Shown here one piece after another: positions 40,176 through 50,560 of a stretch of DNA of 64,000 nt. A model generated the notes under the pieces. That model did not search any database and was not told where the DNA came from. It saw nothing but the letters and a program-made list of their open reading frames with translations. The position numbers and the translations under genes were made by a program. The stretch spans positions 36,518,001 through 36,582,000 of the forward strand of contig OX597822.1 of assembly GCA_951406725.2 (NCBI GenBank). Reading direction: 5' to 3'. This DNA comes from Octopus vulgaris. Its lineage: Eukaryota. Numbering within the stretch: position 1 is the stretch's first letter; every line of letters starts with the position of its first letter.

Positions 40176-41044
40176 TAATTATTTGAAATTAAAATAAGGC
40201 ATGAAACTCACTGAAGCAAGGCGCCCGACACCTGGAGTACTAGCAGGCACACAGACACCTTCTAGTTGGGCAATGCAGTCGGTAGTACTTCGGCCAGGTT
40301 GTTCTATGGAAAGTCTGTGACAGGCAAAAGAAACCACATTTTCGAGGAGAGCCTAGGCGACGACGTGCGACGATTTTGGCTTTGTGCGAAAATTTAAAAT
40401 AATTATTCTTTTCTACTCTAGACACAAGACCCGGAACTTTGGTGGATGGGGGGGGGGGTCAGTCGATAAATCGATCCGAGTACGCAACTGGTACTTAATT
40501 TATTGATCCCGAAAGGACGAGAGGCAAAGTCGACCGCTTCTTCCTAAGAAATATGTTATTCTCCTACTTATAGGAAACGCTGCTCTGTAAATTTTTTTTT
40601 AACGAATAAGTACAGCATTAAAGAAAAGCAAAAGCAATTGTAGTATAGGGGAAATAACTTAAATAATACTTTAAATGATTTCCCTTGAATAAATTACATT
40701 GCTGATGGTTTCATGTGTCGACTAATACACAGGGAGGTGAGGTTGAATAAATATGTACGTAGTCACTTGAAATCTGTAAATATGAAAAAATATTCCAGTT
40801 TACTAACACACACGAAGCCCCTATCGCTGTCTTACATTTTTATATATTTCGGTGCTGTACAGTAGCGACGAAAATGTACATATTGTTGAGAAAACCGATG
40901 CATTTGAGCAAATGTAACATGATTTTTATTGAGCTTGAGTTGTACAGATTCATCTGTGTTGGTCTCTTTTACTGAAATACAGTGAACTAGTCATTAGCCT
41001 GCGGAAAGTATATGACCGATGATGCGTTTGTTATAGAAAAAATA

Positions 41045-41415
41045 GGAGTGGCTGTGTGGTAAGTAGCTTGCTTACGAACCACATGGTTTCGGGTTCAGTT
41101 CCTCTGCGTGGCACCTTGAGCAAGTGTCTTCTACTATAGCCTCGGGCCGACCAAAGCCCTGTGAGTGCATTTGGTAGACAGAAACTGAAGGAAGCCCGTC
41201 GAATATATGTATATATGTGTATGTTTGTGTGTCTGTGTTTGTCCCTCACCTCCCAGCATCGCTTGACAACCGATGCTGGTGTGTTTACGTCTCCGTAACT
41301 TAGAGGTTCGGCAAAAGGGACCGATAGAATAAGTACTAGGCTTACAAAGAATAAGCCCTGGGGTCGATTTCCTTGACTAAAGGCGGCCGCAGTCAAATGA
41401 CTGAAACAAGTAAAT
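41045..41415 (+). mobile_element. Full-length tRNA-derived CORE-type SINE (family 1)
   Basis: A-box TGGCTGTGTGG, B-box GGTTCAGTT, core gcaccttgagcaagtgtc, internal TA/TG tract, LINE-like tail. Other copies at about 3050, 3585, 4060, 20485, 25890, 27462, 33125, 44573, 44815, 45865, 47113, 47305 and 48645. Confidence 0.85.
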
Positions 41416-41664
41416 GAGTAAGCATTGATTCGATCAGAAGGTCTTTAGCTACTAATCTTACTACCACCACTACAAGTACAAGAGTTGTATATTCTTTTTT
41501 TCTTTTACCGGATTAATTCTTTAAACTGTAGCAACGCTGCAAAACAGCATTCGTATTTTCTAAATACGGATTATATCATCCGCAGTTTTTCCTTAACAGT
41601 CAAATAGCTTGAACGATTAAAATGAGAAGGGATGCAACATTTGTGTGTGTGCGCGCGCGCCCGT

Positions 41665-41666
<2 letters not shown>

Positions 41667-41728
<62 letters not shown>

Positions 41729-42083
41729 CGGTAAAGACTGTAACAGGAGCTTCCGCACAGATCCTGTTTACCAAATTCTACCCGCAAAGTATAGGCTAAA
41801 ACCGAAGCTGTTGTAGAACACACGTACCCAAGGTGAATCACAGTGGAATTGAACCTGAAATAATGCATGCATTCATACATAAATACATGCATGCATAGAT
41901 ACATGTACGCATGCATGCATACATACGCACATACATACATGCATACATACGCACATGCATGCATGCATACATACATACATACATACATACATACATACAT
42001 ACATGCATGCATGCATGCATGCATGCATGCATGCATGCATGCATACATACATACATACATACATACATACATACATACATACA
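41667..42083. repeat. (GA)n and (CATA)n/(CATG)n microsatellites
   Basis: Directly visible at 41667-41727 and 41862-42083. Confidence 0.95.
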
Positions 42084-42617
42084 TGGTGGCTGCCCCCTCG
42101 TTATCGAGTATGGCCATTGCACGAAGCTTAATCAATGTTATTATCATGCAATGCCTGTGCATGGAGATTTTTTTTTTAAAGTGAGGAAAGGCTGTGCACT
42201 GAGTCAATCCCACTCACTAAGCAACAGCAGCCATAATCCGAAAAGAAGAACAAGTCAACATCATCGGTAACCACTGAGCCGCAGGTTTTATGTCGGAGTT
42301 ATCCCAGTTACCTGATGCCCAAAGAAAGGCTAGGAGTCCTTCACTCCCAATGGTTTAACCGCGCGATCGGGTATTCAGTCCGATTATGTCTATGTCCCCG
42401 CGCATGATACATCCTTAAGATATTTATTGGATGGCCGTTGACTCTCAAGAGTTCCTCCGCCCTTTGACGGGTTTTGTTTTTCATCCCGCAGGGTGTCCAA
42501 TAAACATCTTCCCCACCAAGCAAGCTTGGTGGGGTTGCCGGTTTAGTCGCCGACGACCCGACCATGCAACAGGTTGTACTGGATTACATGTTACCAGTAG
42601 CACTCGAAAGTGACCTG
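42083..42617 (-). mobile_element. Probable non-autonomous bipartite RTE-derived element with (ATGT)n tail
   Basis: CpG-rich non-coding block resembling recalled RTE 5' UTRs (ggcgactaaaccgg..aaacccgtcaaagggcggagga). Hairpin ccccaccaagc-aa-gcttggtgggg. Ends gagggggcagccacc, then the 41862-42083 microsatellite. Confidence 0.5.
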
Positions 42618-43289
42618 ACACACACACACACACATACATACATACATAGTGTCTGTCAATACGTAGCTGAATATGACCATCGCTGGCAAATTATTTTATC
42701 CTAGATGTCAAAGACAATGTCTGTCAGCAATGCTCATGCAGAAATTTAAATTCAATAACAGCTTGCACAACACCGCTAAGACTCTAAACTACAGAATCAA
42801 ATAGCCTAGTCATATGCAAGAGCAAGATCTCTGGCTTCGCATACAAGTGACTCGTCACAGAATAAAGAGACATCACAGTTGATCACCTAAGCACTTCGTG
42901 TTTGTGAATACTCTGTGTTTCCCCTGTGAATATTGCATCGTTCAACGTAGAGTTAGTGCTTGGTGACATAAAAATAATGGATAGAAGGTTCCTATATACA
43001 TGAACTGGAGATAGAGTAAAAACTTCCTGTTTTAAATTAAAATCTTCCATTAAAATGCCTTGTTAATTTATATTCCAAAACTCCAGCTAAATAATGACAA
43101 GGTTACTTTTTAAATTCTTCAGTATCTTCAAGATTAATTGAAAAATTTTTCAATTAATTGAAATTGCAGAAATATGGTCAGAAAATGCGTTTAATGATGT
43201 ATAGCCTTACTTCCCTTCAGTTGTAAAATTAATTGTTAACCAGTCATATTTTAATAAAAAAAATATTCATGTGGAGAAATTGAAAGTAG

Positions 43290-43550
43290 ATGTCGGAACC
43301 GGAAGCGAGGAGATGTGACATCACATTAAGAGGCGGGACATTCGAACAATGTTTTCCTTCGTCATGGAAGTAAGTGGAAGTAATCGTTCAGGGTGGGTGG
43401 TTTCTCTGGCCAGGGGTTCAGGTAGAGCACAAGTGTGGGTACCAGCGTCAAGTTCTGACGACTCCCGTGAAGCATGTGGATACAACTATCGTGTTCTGTC
43501 GATTTCCGTGAATCGAAGCTGAATACACTATTCCGATTGTTTATATCAAG
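43290..43550 (+). promoter_or_regulatory. Candidate promoter and first exon of a plus-strand transcript
   Basis: ETS motif CCGGAAG (43299-43305), GC-box-like AGGCGGGA (43331-43338), CpG-rich unique sequence. Donors ATGGAA|gtaagt (43369/43370) and AAG|gtaaga (43550/43551). Confidence 0.5.
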
Positions 43551-43775
43551 GTAAGAGTGTCCTTATTTTTTGTCTTAGCGCGAGTCAGTTCGGTGCTGGT
43601 CACCTGATCTCTATGCCCCATAAGTCTTCTTTTATTTTACCTTGTTATCTACGTCGTTATAACACGACGTAACATGTACTTTGAGAAAGAGGTGACAGGC
43701 GTATAACAAGACAACATATTGTCTGGCAAAATAGTTAAGAACTAGCAGGACATGGGGAAATTCCAGTGCTTGAAA

Positions 43776-44767
43776 GGAAAGACTTCCGCCCGTCCCCCGC
43801 CATTTTCTCCCAAATTTGTTTATTTTTGTAATTTTTTTTTTGTCAAAAATTCCCGTTTTCGGATACGGAGGTTGCGGAAAATTGCCAAAAATCGGCATTT
43901 TGAAATTTTCCTCCCGCTTTCCTTCCCAACTATTTCAATTTTGACTTTTTTTCCCCAACACTAACCCTAATCGTAAAACCAGAAATGTTTCCAAGTTTTT
44001 GTCCGAATCCTGATGTCCGTATTTTTCCGCATATTTAGAAGAAAAAAATAATTCTTAAAAATACATTTTACAAAGATTTTTGGAAATTTTGGTACGACTT
44101 ACGCCCCCCACCCAACCACTCTTTAAAAAAATTTCGTTTCGACACAAACCGCCCCCTTTTCGGCTACGGGGAATACGAATCTGCAAAAAAATTGGCAAAA
44201 ATCGACATTCTTAAATTACCACCCCTCCACCCCCATTTCCTTCATTTTAAACTTTTTCCACAATTTTTTTTTTCAAAATATGCGGAAAAATATGGAGATT
44301 ATGATTCTGGAAAAAATTTCGGAAAGACTTCCGTCCCCACCCATTTTCTCCCAAATTTGTTTATTTTTGTAACGACGGGCTTCTTTAAAAAAAATTGGCA
44401 AAAATCGACATTCCTAAATTACCACCCCTCCACCCCCATTTCCTTCATTTTTAACTTTTTCCACAATTTTTTTTTCAAAATATGCGGAAAAATATGGAGA
44501 TTATGATTCTGGAAAAAATTTCGGAAAGACTTCCGTCCCCACCCATTTTCTCCCAAATTTGTTTATTTTTGTAACGACGGGCTTCTTTCAGTTTCTGTCG
44601 ACGAAATCCATTCATAAGGCTTTGGTCAGCTTGAGGCGCTTGCTCAAGGTGCCATGCAGTGCGATTGAACCCGAAACCATGTGGTTGGTAAGCAAGCTTC
44701 TTACCACACAGCCACGCCTTTCCCAAGCAGTCTCTTTCCGGGGTGGGTGATGGGCGGAAGTCTTTCC
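43776..44767. mobile_element. Foldback/MITE-like element with internal 202-bp tandem duplication and SINE insertion
   Basis: Termini ggaaagacttccgcccgtc / gatgggcggaagtctttcc. Direct repeats 44185-44386 and 44387-44588. SINE at 44573-44718. Confidence 0.6.
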
Positions 44768-45216
44768 ATATATATATATGTTCTTTTTTATTCTTTTCTT
44801 TTTTCTTTTATTCTTTTATTTGTTTCAGTCATTTGACAGCGGCCATGCTGGAGCACCGCCTTTAGTTGAACAAATCGACTCTAGGACTTATTCTTTGTAA
44901 GCCTGGTACTTATTCTATCGGTCTCTTTTTGCCGAATCGCTAAGTTATGGGGACATGAACACACCAACATCAGCAATGGTGGGGGACAAACACAGACACA
45001 CACACACATACGATGAGCTTCTTTCATTTTCCGTCTACCAAATCTACTCACAAGACTTTGGTCTGCCCGAGGCTATAGTTGAAGACACTTGCCCAAGGTG
45101 CCACGCAGTGGGACTGAACCCGGAACCATTTGGTTGGTAAGCAAGCTACTTACCACACAGCCACTCCTGTGCCTACTCACCATACAGCCTCTGTGTGTGT
45201 GTATATATATATATAT

Positions 45217-45414
45217 CAGTGGGTTTCAACCAGGGTTCCGCCAGTACAGTGCAGGGGTTCCGCAAGAAGTTACAAAACTGCTAAAATCGGCAGTAATTTT
45301 TAAGTCTCCTGTGCAGATATGTGTGCATAAGACTATTAAATTATTGCACAGGGGTTCCTCGAGCCAGTGGAATGTTTCCTTGGGGTTCCGCTCGAGCAAA
45401 AAGTTTGAAAAACA

Positions 45415-45417
<3 letters not shown>
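45217..45417. mobile_element. hAT (Charlie-like) MITE inserted in (TA)n
   Basis: TIRs cagtgggtttcaacc / gtttgaaaaacactg; repeated subterminal GGGGTTCC motifs. Confidence 0.75.
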
Positions 45418-45455
<38 letters not shown>

Positions 45456-46987
45456 GATAAATGAATTATCTTATTACAGAAAATTCAAATGATAACCGAT
45501 ACCTGGGTAGCAAAAATCACAACAGAAAAAGCACAGTTGAAGTTACGACCATGGGGCATAAAAAACCGTGCCTTAGTGCAGAAATTTGAAGTTTTATATA
45601 TTAAGTATAGGAAGAAATGGAGCTGAACGAAGATTTAACAAAATTCCTTTATATTATTTTCTACATATGTTTCGAAGGCTGCAAAGTCCCTAATTTGGAT
45701 TGAATAAGGAGTCCATTTTGCAGCTTTCTCTTCAGGAAAATCCAGGAACTTAATTCTCCAACAAAATGCACCAACAAGCTTTTCGACAAACCTTCACGAG
45801 GAGCCCATGAAATAAATGACACAAACTGTCTATCTATATGCGTTGACGCCAGACTACCTTCACCCAGTCTTTGGTCGGCTCGAGGCAATAGTAAAAAAAC
45901 ACTTGCCCAAGGTGTCACACAGTGGGACTGAACCCGGAACTATGTGGTTGGGAAGCAAACTTCTTGTCACAGCCACTCCTGAGCCTATATATATATATAT
46001 ATATCATCATCATCATCGTTTAACGTCCATTTTCCATGCTAGCATGGGTTCGACGGTTTGACCGAGGCCTGGGAAGCCAGGAGGCTGCACCAGGCTCCAG
46101 TCTGATCTGGCAGTCTTTCTACGGCTGGATGCCCTTTCTATCGCCAACTACTCCGTGAGTATAGTGGGTGCTTTTTATGTGCCACCGGCACAGGGGCCAG
46201 AGGAGGCTGGCAAATGACCACGATTGGTTGGTGCATTTTATGTGTCACCGACACGGACGCCAGTTAGGCGGCGCTGGCATCAGTCACATTTGGATGGTGC
46301 ATTTTATGTGCTACCGGCACGGGTATCATAACTACAATTTCCATTTGATTTTTATTTTGATGTTGGTGTTGACATACTTGACTCAATAGGTCTCCTCAAG
46401 CACAACAGGTCACTCTACGATCCAAGGTTAGCACAGCAGGCCGTCCTGTGAGCCATGAACTCACTTCAATTGTCGGGTCTTCGCAGTCACAGCATATCTC
46501 AGAGGTCTCTGTCTTATTCTTTTATGCCTTTACTTGTTTCAGTCATTTGACTATGGCCATGTTGGAGCACTGCCTTAAACATTTTTTTCCAGTCGAAGAA
46601 ATCGATCCCAAGACTTATTCTTTGTAAGCCTAAAATGAACCCGACCGGTCTCAAAAATTAAGTAAAAAAAACAAAATGGGAAAATACCCAGAATCCTTGT
46701 CCGATACCGGATCGATCCCCAAATCTAATCAGTTTGTGCCAGTCGCGAGGCCAAACATTCCTAAAAGTTTCATCTAAATCCATCCAGCAGTTCTTGAGAT
46801 ATCTTGTCCACGGACAAACAAATAGACATGATTGAAAGCAATACCTCAGCCTTAGATGGTGGTGATAATTAAATAAATAAAACAATTAGTTGTATGTCGT
46901 GCACTTCTTCGTAGTTTTTAAGAAGACACAAGTCCACAGAATTTATGGGAGTGGCTGTAATCAATCAAACTGATTGAAGAATTTATT

Positions 46988-47102
46988 TATTACAGTCATA
47001 TCAGGTTGAATGCACTGGTTATCGTCCGATCATCGAACTTAAGCAACATCGAGCTTAGTACTTAGATGGGTGACAGCTTGGGAAACCCAGGTGCTGTAAA
47101 TG
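46988..47102 (+). pseudogene. Decayed 5S rRNA copy
   Basis: TACAGTCATATCAGGTTGAATGCACTGGTTATCGTCCGATCATCGAACTTAAGCAAC..TTAGTACTTAGATGGGTGACAGCTTGGGAAACCCAGGTGCTGTA aligns end to end with metazoan 5S rRNA. Helix I ends pair (ttacagt/gctgtaa). Many substitutions, a short deletion after GAGC, no oligo-T terminator, solitary. Confidence 0.88.
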
Positions 47103-47268
47103 CCTCACTTAATAGGTGCACGCATGGCTGTGTGGTAAGAAGCTTGCTTCCAAACCACATGGTTCTGGGTTCCATCAACCTGCATGGCAAATGTCTTCTA
47201 CTATAGCCACAGGTCGACCAAAGCCTTGTGAGTAGATTTGGTAGACGAAAGCTGAAAGAAGCCCGTCG

Positions 47269-47301
<33 letters not shown>

Positions 47302-47746
47302 TCTTTTATTTGTTTCAATCATTTGACTGCGGCCGTGTTGGAGCACTGCCTTTTAGTTGAACAAATCTACCGCAGGACTTATTCATTGTAAGCCTAGTAC
47401 GGCAGAGGCAAAGATCATGGATTTCTTTTTTTTTTAGGGGAACACACTATATCGATGGCAGAGATTCTGAATCTGCAAAAACAAAAATGCATTTCAAAAT
47501 TTTAATTTTCCCCCTATTTCTTAAATTTTCACTTAAAAAAAAAAATTCTTTTGGGCAAAATATGTAGAAAAATACAGAGATTGTGATTCTGAAAAAAAAA
47601 AAAATTTGTAAAAATTTCAATTTTTCAAAATAAATAAATAAATAAACACCCCCTATGACAAGAAGTGAAATTAAAGTGTTTTCTCTACTAATGTTTCATG
47701 ATGAACACAACCCAACAAGTTGTGGTTGAGCGTCTTTTGGAATTAA

Positions 47747-47966
47747 CCCTTTAGTGTTCAAACCGGCCATATCAGGCCAAAATGGCCTTCCTGTTTTATG
47801 CTCAAACCAGCCAGCTCTGACCTTTCACACCTACCCTACAAAGTCATTCTAAAAATAAACAGGGACATCATCAAAATCTCAGAGTTACAAGATGCTGTAC
47901 AATTAATTTAAAACAATGTGATTAAACAGGCTTTACATTTGACAGAGTAATCTGAATGCTAAAGGG
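47747..47966. mobile_element. piggyBac-type MITE; older inverted copy at about 2445-2660
   Basis: TTAA|ccctttagtgttca ... tgaatgctaaaggg|TTAA. Confidence 0.85.
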
Positions 47967-48259
47967 TTAAGAGAGGTATGTAAGAATTAGATTTTTTACC
48001 CACACGCACATATGTACGTATGTATGTGTGTATCTATGCATGTATGTATGTACGCACACACACACACACGCACGCACGCGTGCATATATATCATGAACTA
48101 AGTGTTACTTTCTCAGATGCAGCACGAATTTTGTCAGTGAACAGGTCGCGGTCTCAAAGCGACGAAAATATTTTGACAAATTATATTTAAATGTTGAAGT
48201 GAATCTAACGGATTTTGTGTGTTACTTAAATGGCTTATAAACACCTTCCACGCTGCAAT

Positions 48260-48281
<22 letters not shown>

Positions 48282-48291
<10 letters not shown>

Positions 48292-48519
48292 TAAATTAGA
48301 GATAAAACCACTATTAGGCAAATCAAACCGTGAAAAACATAAGCCAATACATAAAATTAATTAATTTATATTATTTTAAATATATATCAAAAGTATTAAA
48401 AGTTTAACTTTTGATATATATTTAAAATAATATAAATTAATTCATTTTATGTATTGGCTTATGTTTTTCACGGTTTGATTTGCCTAATAGTGGTTTTATC
48501 TCTAATTTAATATAATATA
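48282..48519. repeat. Near-perfect palindrome, 113-bp arms, 12-nt loop
   Basis: Arms 48282-48394 and 48407-48519; one mismatch seen by eye. Confidence 0.95.
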
Positions 48520-49029
48520 ATATATTTATACTATAAAATTGGATTTAATCTTAAATCTGATTTTTCCCTGTAAATTTGGATTTATTCCCTAATATTTTAT
48601 TATATATATATATATATATACGTGTTGTGTTCTGTCACGTGTGTGTGTGTCTGTCTGTCTGTTGTCATCCCAACATCGCTTGACAACCAATGTTGATGTG
48701 TTTACGTCCCCGTAACATAGCGGTTCGGCAAAAATGACCGATAAAATAAGTGCTAGGCTTACAAAGAGCAAGTTCTGGTCGATTTGTTCGACAAAAGGTG
48801 GTGCTCCAGCATGGCCGCAGTCAAATGACTGAAACAAGTAAAAAAATTTTTTTTAAAAAGGGATAAAATAATTGGAGTCTATTCATCAACTAAAAATTCT
48901 TCAAGGCGGTACCCCAGCATAGTCGCAATCTAATTGCTGAAACACAAGATAAAAGATGACGCAAAAATAAGAAAAAAATTTTGTAAACTCTTCAGGGGAG
49001 GCAACTCTTCAATATTCTACATATTAATT

Positions 49030-49646
49030 TATTCTTTTCTACTGTAGGCACAAGGCACGAAATTTTGGGGGAGGGAGCCAGTCGATTAGATCCACCCCAG
49101 TACGCAACTGGTACTTAATTTATCGACCCCCGAAAGGATGAAAGGCAAAGTCGACCTCGGTGGTATTTGAACTCAGAACGTAGCGGCAAACAAAATACCT
49201 ATTTCTTTACCACCCACAAGGGGCTAAACACAGAGGGGACAAACAAGGACAGGCACACGTATTAAGTCGATTACATCGACGCCAGTGCGTAGCTGGTACT
49301 TATTTAATCGACCCCGAAAGGATGAAAGGCAAAGTCGACCTCAGCGGAATTTGAACTCAGAACGTAGTAGCAGACGAAATACTGCTAAGCGTTTCGCCCA
49401 GCATGGTAACGTTTCCTATTTCATTGTCCACAAGGAGCTAAACATAGAAGGGACAAACAAGGACAGACAAAGGGATTAAGTCGATTACATCGACCCCAGT
49501 GCGTAACTGGTACTTAATTTATCGACCCTGAAAGGATGAAAGGCAAAGTCGACCTTGGCGGAATTTGAACTCAGAATGTAAAGACAGACCAAATACCTTG
49601 AAGCATGCCGCCCGGTGTGTTAACGTTTCTGCCAGCTCACCGCCTT
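49030..49646 (-). mobile_element. Family 2 SINE with three tandem body units
   Basis: gaaaggatgaaaggcaaagtcgacct..gaactcagaa occurs three times (about 49132, 49316, 49530) behind one tRNA head. Confidence 0.8.
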
Positions 49647-49964
49647 TACAGATTAATTTATTGATACCGAAAATATTTTTTAGCGTTATATTTCTTTATC
49701 TTTTCCTTCTTTTAATCATTGGTCTGGAACCGTGCTGAGACACCACCATGAATGCTTAAGTCAAACAAATCAACCCCGGTACTACCTTCTTAATTGCATA
49801 GTGATGACTGTTAGTTCCGATCAAGCAGACCTCTGAATGAAAGGTATTCAAACCATGACCATCCTGCTTTTTTTTCCTTTTAATTTTTAGATACAGTGTA
49901 TCTAGAATCACATTATGTGATGTGACTCCTTTTTTAACAGTTGTTTATTTGAAGTAGTAGTTTC

Positions 49965-50251
49965 CATTACCTAGGCGACCAAGTTAGCAGTGGAGGTGGA
50001 TGCTTTGTGAGTGTAACTGCTAGAATAAGAATAGATTGAGCAAAGTCCACAGAGCTACTGCTTTTGTTGGTAACAAAGGGCCTCTCCCTCGGAGTGAAAG
50101 GCAGATTGTATACTGTGCATGAACAGCTATGCTTCATGGCAGTGTAACTTATGTGATTGCAGAGAACATGCGAAGGCTTTAAAGAAATAAAGCCAGTATT
50201 CTTCGCTTGATGAATCAGTGAGTGTGCATGTACAACAGTGTAAATGATTAA

Positions 50252-50291
<40 letters not shown>

Positions 50292-50560
50292 AATTGGGTA
50301 TAAGAGGCACCAGATGTAGTGTACAAGAGAAAAGACTGTGCTGGTATGGTCATGTGATGCATATGCATAAGGATAGCCATATAAAGAAGTGTTGGTTTCA
50401 TTGTGGAGTGTACCTGTGGTGGGATTTACCCAGGAGGACAAAGGACAAAGTGGTGAGAAATGATCTTCAGAGGCTGTGCCTCACAGAGGAGATGACAAGT
50501 GACTGAGACTTCTGGCGTTTTCTTGTGTTTGAGAAGATACATCAAGCTAAGCGAAGTTAT
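49965..50560 (+). mobile_element. RTE-clade LINE fragment interrupted by (TA)n
   Basis: YLGDQVSSGGGC..ARIRI..KGLSLGVKGRLY..QEKRLCWYGHVMHM, homologous to the 22470 copy. Confidence 0.8.

Noticed and set aside
41617-42270. ORFs with MYVC/MHAC repeats
   Set aside because: Translations of (CATA)n/(CATG)n microsatellite.
46988-47102. Functional 5S rRNA gene
   Set aside because: Solitary, with a deletion, control-region substitutions and no terminator; called a pseudogene.
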